From Acidimicrobiia bacterium (GTDB lineage Bacteria; Actinomycetota; Acidimicrobiia; Spongiisociales; Spongiisociaceae): a DNA stretch of 64,000 nucleotides. The stretch lies in NCBI GenBank assembly GCA_963663955.1, contig OY760694.1, forward strand, positions 3,215,251-3,279,250, read 5' to 3'. Below, one piece after another: positions 28,820 to 37,728 of this stretch. The notes below the pieces were generated by a model. The model was not told the DNA's origin, did not search any database, and saw only the letters and a program-made list of their open reading frames with translations. Both the position numbers and the translations under genes were made by a program. The stretch's first letter is position 1. The number at the start of each line of letters is the position of its first letter.

Positions 28820-29436
28820 TGGTCCGAACTAAACCGGTCAGCATCAAGGAGGCCGGCCTCGTATTGGTTGAGGGCAAGGATGACCAGAAGTTTCTCCACC
28901 GCCTGAGTGATCACATGGAACTCAGGGGACTCCAGATTCTCAGCTATGGAGGGAAGGACACACTTCGAGATTACCTAAGGACCATACGCCGGCTGCCCGG
29001 GTACGAAAGCGTGCAACATCTCGCAATCGTTCGCGACGCGGACGATAATGCTGAGAACGCCTTCCGCAGTGTCCGCAGCGCGCTGATCGACGCGGAATTA
29101 CCGGACCCGCCAAGACCGGATGAAATGGCATCGTTGCCAAAAGTTGGGCTAAAAGTCTCGGTGATGATCATCCCCCCTGGCTTTCAACGGGGCTGTTTGG
29201 AAACCTTGCTTTGGCAGATTATCAAGACCGCCTCATCCGCGAATTGTATAAGCGAGTATATTGATTGTGCTGAGATCCCTGCCAGAGGAACCCGGCGCGA
29301 TAGAGCGATGGTCCACGCTTACATAGCCGCCCAGCACAAGCCGGGCCTCAAGATCGGTGAGGCCTCCCAGGCTGGCTACTTTGACTTGGACCATGCTGCA
29401 CTCCGCCCTGTCAAGACCTTCTTAGCAGAGTGGTAG
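28819..29436 (+). CDS. small TOPRIM-like protein (copy a)
   Basis: The GTG start shares one nucleotide with the ATPase TAG stop (TAGTG). It has the conserved Glu motif LVLVEGKDD and the acidic D-x-D cluster AIVRDADDN, matching the TOPRIM pattern. Confidence 0.6.
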   Translation: MVRTKPVSIKEAGLVLVEGKDDQKFLHRLSDHMELRGLQILSYGGKDTLRDYLRTIRRLPGYESVQHLAIVRDADDNAENAFRSVRSALIDAELPDPPRPDEMASLPKVGLKVSVMIIPPGFQRGCLETLLWQIIKTASSANCISEYIDCAEIPARGTRRDRAMVHAYIAAQHKPGLKIGEASQAGYFDLDHAALRPVKTFLAEW

Positions 29437-29708
29437 CGAACTGACACGGAACATGAGTAGCCGACTTGTATGCAGGCGTTGCCCGGTACACAAATCAGTC
29501 CAGGCCACTCTCCAGTGGACTAGATAGGTGGCGGGAGGTCACTTTATCTCTTCCTCGCGGTCCATCATCCGTTTCGCTACAGGGTCCGCCGTCTCCTACC
29601 TACGATCAATGGCCATTACTCAAACACCCATAATCGCAGGTCAGACGGTGCATACCCACGTCAATCACCCACCCATCAAACTACCCATGAGTAATCGGGG
29701 TTAGTGGA

Positions 29709-31766
29709 TTGGCCGTCCGGGATCATCCCCCGACATGGTCCGCTATAGCGACCGCTTCGTTGGTACTCGGGTCGTTGCTAGTCGCGTTCGCGGTGTCCGC
29801 TATCTACGATATCGGCCCTCGGGAGCACGCGAACCCTTCTGTGGTCTCACCCACGACTGGAGATATCTCGACCACCTCCGCGACCGCGGTGGTGACCGTG
29901 ATGACAACTCTTGCTGGAGTTGAGCCCGGAGTTGGATCGGGAAACGAGCAAGACAGTGGCTGCTTCCTTGGGGACGAATGGTCAGATGGAATCGATTCGG
30001 CTGTCCCGGCTGACTTGTTCGGAGGTATTACGCCCCATCATTATGTATGGTCGCCGGATTGCGCCTTGCTGGCCGTGAGCATTGGGTCGAGAACCTATTT
30101 CGTGCGGGCCGGGTGGACGAGCGATCAGCAGGTCGTCGGCAGCCTCGATCGCGCCAGGGATATTGCTTGGGCACCTAACGGTGATCGCCTCGCCTACGTA
30201 AGGAACTCGGAGATCTTCACGGTTGATGTCGACAGCGACATCAGCAAGCAACTGACCCGGAGTAACGACGACCCTCTGTTTCGGGAGGAGTTCTGGTATC
30301 GAAGCGTCGATCCCGCCTGGTCGCCCGACGGCACCCGAATCGCCTTCACCAGCAACCGCGACGGCGATGACGAGATATACACCCTAAAGGTGGATGACGG
30401 GGGCGAACCGTCCCAGATGACATCCAACAGCAGGAGAGATCGGACGATCGAACCGGACTGGTCACCCGACGGAGTTACGAACCTCGTTTCGGATCGGGAT
30501 CCCGCCTGGTCACCCGACGGCACCCGAATCGCCTTCACCAGCAACCGCGACGGCGATGACGAGATATACACCATGAACCCCGACGGGACACTGGTCACCC
30601 GGATCACTCGCAACGAATTCTCGGACTGGGAGCCTTCCTGGTCACCCGACGGCACCCGAATCGCCTTCACCAGCAACCGCGACGGCAATCTCGAAGTTTA
30701 TACCACCAATGCCGAGGGCGGCGACCTGCGGCGGATTACACATAACGAGAACACCGACCGGAACTCCTCCTGGTCTCCGGATGGTTCTTATATCTTCTAT
30801 CACAGCCTTGCCGACGGGGAGGTCCGGTTTCGGGCCGCACGGGCGAATGCATCCTTGCCGGAGCTCGAATACCCGGCGACGAGGCCGTCAGGAGTGACTT
30901 CCCCGGATTCGGCGTGTGAGGCCTTGAATGACGGCTTGCGTCGGGATGGGGCTCTCGAGGCGCCGGTTCGATCGAATCGATTGCTGGCGGTTTACCGTTT
31001 CGGGTGGTCGCCCGACTGCCGGACTGTTCTCGGGATCGGTGACAATACGGACAGTTACGCCTTGGTGAAGATGGGGTTGGACGGAAGTCACTCCGAACAT
31101 CTCACCAACGACGGCTACTGGTATTCGAACCCGACCTGGTCACCGGACGGAAGCCGGATTGCGTTCGAGAGCGACCGTGACGGGAGTTACGAGATATACG
31201 TCATGGACAGCACCGGCGCCAATATCCGCCGGCTCACCCACCTGAACGATCGGCAACGGAACCCTGTCTGGTCACCGGACGGCTCGGCTATAGCCTTCCT
31301 GAGGGGGTCAGGTGAGTGGTCAGAGATATGGACTATCCGAGCCGATGGTAGGGACCTCCGGAAACTCACCGACAATAGGTTCTTCGACGGAGCCCCGAAC
31401 TGGTCACCGGACGGGACCCGCATCGCCTTCACCAGCAACCGCGACGGCGACAACGACATCTACACCATGAACCCCGACGGAACCAACCCCCACCAAATCA
31501 CCCACAACAACACAGACGACCGCAACCCCGTCTGGTCACCGGACGGGACCCGCATCGCCTTCACCAGCAACCGCGACGGCGACAACGACATCTACACCAT
31601 GAACCCCGACGGAACCAACCCCCACCAAATCACCCACAACAACACCGACGACCGCAACCCCGTCTGGTCACCGGACAGCACCTACATTTCGGTCACGAAC
31701 GGCGATTCTAACGACCCTGTTTACTTCGTATTGCGAGCCGACTCGACCAACCCGGCCCGTTCTTGA
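29709..31766 (+). CDS. membrane-anchored PD40/TolB-like beta-propeller repeat protein
   Basis: It has an N-terminal TM helix followed by at least 10 repeats of WSPDGTRIAFTSNRDGDxEIYTMNPDG. Confidence 0.75.
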   Translation: MAVRDHPPTWSAIATASLVLGSLLVAFAVSAIYDIGPREHANPSVVSPTTGDISTTSATAVVTVMTTLAGVEPGVGSGNEQDSGCFLGDEWSDGIDSAVPADLFGGITPHHYVWSPDCALLAVSIGSRTYFVRAGWTSDQQVVGSLDRARDIAWAPNGDRLAYVRNSEIFTVDVDSDISKQLTRSNDDPLFREEFWYRSVDPAWSPDGTRIAFTSNRDGDDEIYTLKVDDGGEPSQMTSNSRRDRTIEPDWSPDGVTNLVSDRDPAWSPDGTRIAFTSNRDGDDEIYTMNPDGTLVTRITRNEFSDWEPSWSPDGTRIAFTSNRDGNLEVYTTNAEGGDLRRITHNENTDRNSSWSPDGSYIFYHSLADGEVRFRAARANASLPELEYPATRPSGVTSPDSACEALNDGLRRDGALEAPVRSNRLLAVYRFGWSPDCRTVLGIGDNTDSYALVKMGLDGSHSEHLTNDGYWYSNPTWSPDGSRIAFESDRDGSYEIYVMDSTGANIRRLTHLNDRQRNPVWSPDGSAIAFLRGSGEWSEIWTIRADGRDLRKLTDNRFFDGAPNWSPDGTRIAFTSNRDGDNDIYTMNPDGTNPHQITHNNTDDRNPVWSPDGTRIAFTSNRDGDNDIYTMNPDGTNPHQITHNNTDDRNPVWSPDSTYISVTNGDSNDPVYFVLRADSTNPARS
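31401..31664 (+). repeat. 2 x 132-bp near-perfect tandem duplication inside the PD40 gene
   Basis: Units 31401-31532 and 31533-31664 differ at one base (aacacagac versus aacaccgac). Shorter near-identical blocks occur at about 30310, 30500 and 30640. Confidence 0.85.
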
Positions 31767-31815
31767 TCGTCGTCGCGCCGATCGGATCGCTTATGTCCAC
31801 CCGAGTAGGGAGAAG

Positions 31816-33984
31816 TTGAGCATGCCAACCGACGCGGGAGGCCGGGTTGATTCCACGGGACCGCTCCTTAAGAAGGTTCCTTTGGCAGGACCCAGCGGGA
31901 GCAGCATCTCCCGACCACCGGACGCTCCGGTCGTAGAACCAGGTACGGACCCTTCAGGCAGATCGAAACCTCGCTATCCAGGACTCGACGGCCTCCGAGG
32001 AGTGGCTGTCGCGCTAGTGGTGGGCTTCCACCTCTGGCCCGACGGTGTCCAGGGTGGCTGGCTAGGAGTGAGCCTGTTCTTCACGCTATCCGGTTACCTG
32101 ATCATCGGGCGGATCGACAGCGAAATCCTATCGACCGGTCGCCTACGCCTCGGGGCCTTCATGGAGCGCCGGGTGCGTCGCCTCATGCCCGCCGCGCTCC
32201 TCACAATCTCCATGACCGTCGCTCTCACGGCTCTGCTCACCGACCAGGCTCTAAGAGGAGTCGGCATCGATGCCATGGCGGCCGTTCTGAACTTCTTCAA
32301 CTGGCATGCCGCCACCGACCCGGGTGGCTATGCAGCCATCTTCGATGCAACCAGCAAACCGCTGGAACATTTCTGGTCGCTCGCCATTGAGGAGCAGTTC
32401 TACCTGATCGTGCCCGCCGCAGCCGGGGTTGTGCGACGAACAGGTCTGGTGGTTTTCGCCATGACCGTTATCGGCCTAGGCGGATTAGGCCTGTGGTGGG
32501 GATCCCCGGACGCCTACGTCGCTACGCCGGTCCGGTCCCTGGAAATCGCCGCAGGCGGTGGCCTAGCCATCATGATTGCTCGCTCGGCAGGCATAAGCCG
32601 CCTAGTGCGCTGGGAACCGGGGCTCCGCCGCTCCACACGCGTGGCAATGGTTATGGCGGTCCTGGTTGCTCTGGTGGTCTTCGAATTGGCCACCATCGGG
32701 CTCGGGCCGACCGCTGATCCGGTGTTCCGTGGTTTCCCACAGTTCATGAGCTTGTGCTGGGTGGTGCTGATAGCTGCATCACTACCCGGAGGCCCCCTGG
32801 AACGCCTACTCTCCTTAAGCCCCCTTCGCTGGTTGGGAACCCGCTCTTACGCGATCTATCTCTTCCACTGGCCGTTGATCGAATTGACCACACTCGGTCC
32901 GGGGCAGATCCTCCTCCTAACTCTCGGGCTGGCCGAACTGTCTTACCGGCTGGTGGAGATGCCGGTAAGGCAGAGCATGAACACTCGATCGCTGTTGGTG
33001 TTAGGGGGCTTGTCGATAGTCGTTGCCGTCGGGTCAGCCTTGGTTGTCCTAACATCTGAACCTGCTCGTGCCGTCGGCGATCGCCTGGATCTAACGGCCG
33101 AACTACCCGAATGGCTTGAAGAACCTCCACCCGCCGACCGGGCTCCGGCTGGGGAGCTACCTTCGTCAGCCTCGACGACCTCGGAACCTGAAACAACCCG
33201 GTCCGACGAGCCGACCTCGGCTGCCCTGTTGACCGGCTCATTATCCGTCCCCGACGCGGATCCGGAAGTCCCCATCAAGACCCTCCGCCCTCCGATCGTC
33301 ACGGTTCTGGGCGACTCTACAGCGGTACACATCGCCGACGGGCTCAGGCGGTGGGCTGACAGTTCCCGAGCGATGGCGGTGGTAGACCGGGCGTTGGCGG
33401 CCTGCTCTCCCGTGAGTACCGGTGACCTGCCCTGGAAAGTCATCAGGACAGGTGATGGCGGCAACCCACGAAATCTGGTACACCGTGACGAGCCCTGCCG
33501 TTTCCACGATATCGAACCCGGAACCGACCTTGTGTTGGTGGTGGACCACGCCATACCCTTGGTGGACCACCAGCGCCTAGACGGCTCCTGGGCGTCGATC
33601 CTGGACAACGACCTCTCTACCGACCTTGAGAAGGTCTATCGTGATCTGGCATCCGAAGTGCGGGGGATCGGCGCCCGCCTGGTGCTGACTACCACACCCC
33701 GCTGGATCCCACCGCCTGATGATCCCGCTCCGGCCCCGCCACACGCCGACCCGGCTCGAGCCGCTGCGTACAACCGATTGGTCAGCGACTTGATCTCGGA
33801 TCTTGCATCCGAATTCGGGGAACACACCGTCGGCCTGCTCAATACCGCCGCCCTGCTCGATGCGTCTGGGTACGACGGTCCCTACGGCCGATCCGATGGC
33901 GCTCACCTCGACTTCGGTCGGTCAATAGATTTCGCCGCTGAGTTTCTAGGTCCCGCCCTCCAGGAATTGGCTTCCGCCCGCTGA
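31816..33984 (+). CDS. OafA-type acyltransferase-3 with a C-terminal SGNH-like domain
   Basis: Contains YPGLDGLRGVAVALVVGFHLWP plus multiple TM segments, then a Pro/Ser linker, then VTVLGDSTA (the SGNH block I position). Confidence 0.75.
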   Translation: MSMPTDAGGRVDSTGPLLKKVPLAGPSGSSISRPPDAPVVEPGTDPSGRSKPRYPGLDGLRGVAVALVVGFHLWPDGVQGGWLGVSLFFTLSGYLIIGRIDSEILSTGRLRLGAFMERRVRRLMPAALLTISMTVALTALLTDQALRGVGIDAMAAVLNFFNWHAATDPGGYAAIFDATSKPLEHFWSLAIEEQFYLIVPAAAGVVRRTGLVVFAMTVIGLGGLGLWWGSPDAYVATPVRSLEIAAGGGLAIMIARSAGISRLVRWEPGLRRSTRVAMVMAVLVALVVFELATIGLGPTADPVFRGFPQFMSLCWVVLIAASLPGGPLERLLSLSPLRWLGTRSYAIYLFHWPLIELTTLGPGQILLLTLGLAELSYRLVEMPVRQSMNTRSLLVLGGLSIVVAVGSALVVLTSEPARAVGDRLDLTAELPEWLEEPPPADRAPAGELPSSASTTSEPETTRSDEPTSAALLTGSLSVPDADPEVPIKTLRPPIVTVLGDSTAVHIADGLRRWADSSRAMAVVDRALAACSPVSTGDLPWKVIRTGDGGNPRNLVHRDEPCRFHDIEPGTDLVLVVDHAIPLVDHQRLDGSWASILDNDLSTDLEKVYRDLASEVRGIGARLVLTTTPRWIPPPDDPAPAPPHADPARAAAYNRLVSDLISDLASEFGEHTVGLLNTAALLDASGYDGPYGRSDGAHLDFGRSIDFAAEFLGPALQELASAR

Positions 33985-34039
33985 GCGACCTCTCCTCACG
34001 CTCTCGGTAGTACCCCGACATCATCAGCCTCCACGACTC

Positions 34040-34215
34040 CTGACAAAAGGGACACCGCTTCCGGATTCTTCCGAGGTTGTCGAGTACCTCGTCAGTGGTC
34101 TTGTGCCAGACGAGGGGTTTGGGGTTGTGATTCCATTCTTCGATCCATTGGTTTGACGGTCGCTGAGAATTGGGTCTCGTTCGAGACGTCAGTAGGGCTG
34201 ACACATCCTGTGTTG
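34040..34215 (-). pseudogene. IS630-family transposase C-terminal remnant
   Basis: The translation ...WIEEWNHNPKPLVWHKTTDEVLDNLGRIRK matches the conserved IS630/Tc1 C-terminal signature W-N-x-x-P-K-P-F-x-W-x-K-T-A-D-E-I-L. No N-terminal portion is present. Confidence 0.55.
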
Positions 34216-34317
34216 AGTGGTATGGTCGAGTGATGGAAGCCCCAGTCGGACCAAGGTCACCCCAGGACCTCGCGAGAGCCATCTTCACCCAAGCCAACTG
34301 CAAGAAGCGGTAATAGG

Positions 34318-34815
34318 GTGCAGGTCAACGTTGACGCCCCGCTCGTCATCCTGCTGGTCTTCGTCCTGGGTGGCCTGGTCTGGCTCAGCAAATGGATCGG
34401 GTCGGTGAATGAGCACAAGAGTACGGTCGCGGAGTTCATGAAGGAGATCCGGGCTGATATCAAGAGGATCTTTCGACGGCTCCCCTCCAAGACTCTCGCA
34501 CAAGAGAGCCCTATACGGCTAACCCCATTGGGCGAAGAAATAGCTAAAGCGCTAGATGCTCCTACATGGGCAGAAAGGCAAGCCGGGTCCCTACGAGGTC
34601 GTGTGGCTGGCAAAGCACCCTACCGAGTCCAGGACGTCGCCTTTGAGTTCGCCCGCTACGAATACCGGCCGGACGAACAATTCGAGATCAAGCTAGAAGC
34701 TGTTGCCTACACGAATGGCGTAACCAAAGAAGAGGTTCTTGACGTGCTCGCAATTGCGTTGCGGGATGAACTAGCAGGACCGGAAGCCGCTTTCGATAAC
34801 CCGGAAACGTCCTAG
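34318..34815 (+). CDS. single-pass membrane protein of unknown function (paralogue of 46015-46566)
   Basis: It has an N-terminal TM helix (PLVILLVFVLGGLVWL). The C-terminal block F.FA...Y.PD..F......A...GV.K..VLDVLAIALRDEL is shared with the other copy. Confidence 0.55.
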   Translation: MQVNVDAPLVILLVFVLGGLVWLSKWIGSVNEHKSTVAEFMKEIRADIKRIFRRLPSKTLAQESPIRLTPLGEEIAKALDAPTWAERQAGSLRGRVAGKAPYRVQDVAFEFARYEYRPDEQFEIKLEAVAYTNGVTKEEVLDVLAIALRDELAGPEAAFDNPETS

Positions 34816-35266
34816 GCGTAGCGGATGTAGGCACCGGGTGGCGGACTGCACACCTGCTCGCCTGCGGTTAGGTCACGGTATATCAACTGCTTGTGCTCCA
34901 TCGCCTTGGCGAGTGCGGCCATCTGGTCAATGGTGGTCGAAGGATCTGCCGTATACCAGATACCAGTATCTCCCCGCGGCTTGTCAAGCTAAATACGTAA
35001 TTTCCACTCCGACAGCCTCGCATGGACCTCTGCCCGCCCCGCAGTGACCCCCATCCCGAATGGCCCCGCTCATAGGCACATTACGAGCACTTCAACCCTC
35101 CCACGCCAGCCTAAGCCGTCGGCAGTTCCTCCATGATGTGGTCGAAGCGCTCTCGGCACTCGACGCCGACGGCTCTTGGTAGCGTGTTATGGCTACAAGG
35201 GTTATGCGAAGTCATGCCGAGCAAAGTCTACCATCACCCCTTCGGAGTAAACCCGCCCCCGTCTAG

Positions 35267-37432
35267 CTAATAGCGGGTAAAGGAATTGGTGGCGCCGGGG
35301 TTGTGGGACTGGATAGTCATATCCATCCGGTCCCCCACGTCAAGGTTATCCCCGAAAGAGGCGTAACTCTCCGCATCATCGTCAACGTTGAAGTGGTCGC
35401 TACGGTCGTATTCGGCCACGAATGGTCCGTCGCTTTCGGATGCGATCACCAAGAGATTGCGGCCCCTATCGTGAATACGAACGGTCAGGGAAGTAAGGGC
35501 TCGATCCGTTGGCGCTTTCCTTACCCAGTAATGCAGCAATGGATCATCCGCGTCGGACAGCACCGACCGATCCTCGGTAAAGGCCGAGATGGACTCGATA
35601 CCCGGTTGGTCATGATCGCGGTAGTAGCGCAATACCGCTTCTCCTCGACGATTCGTGACCTTGCGGTAACTGGCCTGGGCCATTTGCGGGTCGTTGGGAT
35701 CCGTGTCCAAACCATTCTCGTCGTCAGACACGAAGTGGATCGTCTCCCCCCTAACCGGATCACCGTACTGGTTCAACAAGGTGGCGGTCACGGTATGGCG
35801 CCCGCCGCGACCGGAAGAGGACGCTTCGCGATAATTGACGGGCTGTTCCAGAACCAGAGCGGAAGGTTCCGCATCTTCGTCACTCCACACCAGCCGAATG
35901 CTGTCGTCGGCGAGGCTGTCCCCCTCCCCATCAACCACGTCCAACCCTGCCGTGTCCAAGACCGCCAAGACGAGAAGGCCCTCGTCCCCGTCATCTGCCG
36001 AAGAGGGGCGATTAACACGATAGAAAAGCTCGACACGGCCGGAGGGGTCGGTGACATAATCCCATGTGCGTCGACTTATCAGCCGACCTTCCACCGTTTC
36101 CTCTCTACGGATGGTGATCTCTACCCCTTCCTCAGTCACCCGATCACCATCCTCATCCACCAACTGGAAGGTAAAATCGACCCGACGACCGAAGGGCGCC
36201 TTCTCAGCCGCAGGATGCAAGCTGTGGGTAGCCTCTATGGCAGCCGCCGGTTTGGTGGCTATCCACTCCAGTTTCGCATAGCTGGTGGTGTCCTCGTCGA
36301 AGTCGTTGCGTAGCCTCCCGGTCCATACCCACAGTATCGTGTCACCGTCCACCGGAAGGTCGTAAACCAGGTTGCCGTCCTCGTCCGTCGTTTCATCGCC
36401 GTTGTCGATTTCGCACAGAACATCCCCGGCTAGCGCGGTCAGTTCATCCTCGTCACAATCGCCGTTGGACTCGAAAGCGTCCGCATCGGGCGGGGCATAG
36501 AACAGGTCAACGGAAGCATCCGTAACCGGTCGGTGCGAACGGTCACGTACCGATACTACGAACTCCTCTGTTGCTCCCTCGAAGCCGACATTGCTCTCTG
36601 CCTGAGCCGTGAGTCCAGCGGGCCGAGCATTGGTGTGCGCAAGCATCCGGGTAACAAACAGCGCCATCTGGGATCTGGTTACATCCCGATCAGGATGGAA
36701 TCGGTCGTCCGCAGCGCCTTTGGTGATCCCCATTTCGTACAGCGCACGCACATCTTGGTAATAGGACTGGGGCAAGTCGCCGATATCGTCAAAGACTTCA
36801 TCATCGGGATTCACGTCCTCGATGTCCACTCCACCCACACCTACCGGCGCCATGGTAAGGAACCGGGCCAGAAACTTGGCCATCTGACGCCTGGTTACCA
36901 ATCCATCCGGATCGTAGGTTGTCGGGGTCTTACCGTTGGTCACCCCAATCTCGGCAAGCTGGTTTATGGCCTCCTGAAAGGAGACCGCGTAGTTATCTAT
37001 GTCTTGGAAGCCCTGGTCCGAGGGTGCGGGTAATTCGATCCCGGCCGGTTCAGCCGCCCGGATCAGGAATAGCGCCATCTGACCTCGAGTGATCCCGTCC
37101 TTCGGTGAGAAGTACCCGGTGGATGTACCGATAGTGATCCTGTAGTGAGCGAGACAGTTGACGGCATCCACTGTGTCCTCGGAATAACCGCGCAGGTCTC
37201 TAAAACCAGCGGATTCCACGGCCGGACCCACACACGCCGAATAGCGGGGCAGTTCGTCCGCTTCGCCGTCCCTTGCCTGTACCGGCCCTGGGGGACCTGC
37301 CAGCAAAGCACCGAGCAACACCAAATAAAACAGCAACGCAACGCTGCCACGAAGCCCGACAACAGGAACCATGGACCTCCTCTTCAAGTCTTCCCTAGCT
37401 AGATAGTACGGTTGGATTCGGCGACTAACCAA
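35267..37432 (-). CDS. SLH + Ig-like surface protein (paralogue 3)
   Basis: Contains YSACVGPAVESAGFRDL...VNCLAHYRI..., HTNARPAG and a C-terminal YDRSDHF. The likely start is the ATG at 37372 (MVPVVGLRG...). Confidence 0.7.
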   Translation of the reverse strand: MVSRRIQPYYLAREDLKRRSMVPVVGLRGSVALLFYLVLLGALLAGPPGPVQARDGEADELPRYSACVGPAVESAGFRDLRGYSEDTVDAVNCLAHYRITIGTSTGYFSPKDGITRGQMALFLIRAAEPAGIELPAPSDQGFQDIDNYAVSFQEAINQLAEIGVTNGKTPTTYDPDGLVTRRQMAKFLARFLTMAPVGVGGVDIEDVNPDDEVFDDIGDLPQSYYQDVRALYEMGITKGAADDRFHPDRDVTRSQMALFVTRMLAHTNARPAGLTAQAESNVGFEGATEEFVVSVRDRSHRPVTDASVDLFYAPPDADAFESNGDCDEDELTALAGDVLCEIDNGDETTDEDGNLVYDLPVDGDTILWVWTGRLRNDFDEDTTSYAKLEWIATKPAAAIEATHSLHPAAEKAPFGRRVDFTFQLVDEDGDRVTEEGVEITIRREETVEGRLISRRTWDYVTDPSGRVELFYRVNRPSSADDGDEGLLVLAVLDTAGLDVVDGEGDSLADDSIRLVWSDEDAEPSALVLEQPVNYREASSSGRGGRHTVTATLLNQYGDPVRGETIHFVSDDENGLDTDPNDPQMAQASYRKVTNRRGEAVLRYYRDHDQPGIESISAFTEDRSVLSDADDPLLHYWVRKAPTDRALTSLTVRIHDRGRNLLVIASESDGPFVAEYDRSDHFNVDDDAESYASFGDNLDVGDRMDMTIQSHNPGATNSFTRY

Positions 37433-37728
37433 ATAATCCGCCGTAGCAGGTTCCCGAACTGCAACAGGTGATCCGGAAAGATATCACCAATGCCTGAAGG
37501 GGGTGGTACGCGTCCCATCCTTGCCGAATCCAAGATCGAGTGTTGCCAGGCCCACAAAACTGAAGCGTTCCGCCCAACCGTACCCATCGGAGTCATGCCA
37601 CAGATCCGACTTGTAAGTGCAATGTTCGAGTCAGCAGGCTTGTCGAGTCCGCCGTTGTCCCTGGTCAGGAGCTTACCCGTGGCTGCGCTTCGCTTCGACA
37701 GGCCTCACTCATGAGGAATCGGGGCTAA

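Noticed and set aside
27737-29436. Calling the ATPase/TOPRIM pairs PARIS (AriA/AriB) or AbiL outright.
   Set aside because: The architecture is analogous, but both proteins are clearly shorter than I recall for those systems. I cannot run profile searches, so this is kept as an unnamed OLD-like split module.
34817-34985. A minus-strand open frame reading ...GIWYTADPSTTIDQMAALAKAMEHKQLIYRDLTAGEQVCSPPPGAYIRYA, possibly a gene tail.
   Set aside because: A stop lies immediately upstream, there is no start codon and no recognisable motif. It is probably another relic but is not supportable.
35303-36313. A long 336-aa plus-strand ORF. There are many similar ones, for example 7376-8119, 4674-5309, 60183-60743, 58311-58877 and 32943-33608.
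   Set aside because: They lie antisense to, or out of frame with, genes that have clear family motifs. Such shadow ORFs are expected in high-GC DNA. Their translations are Arg/Pro/Gly-rich with no motifs.
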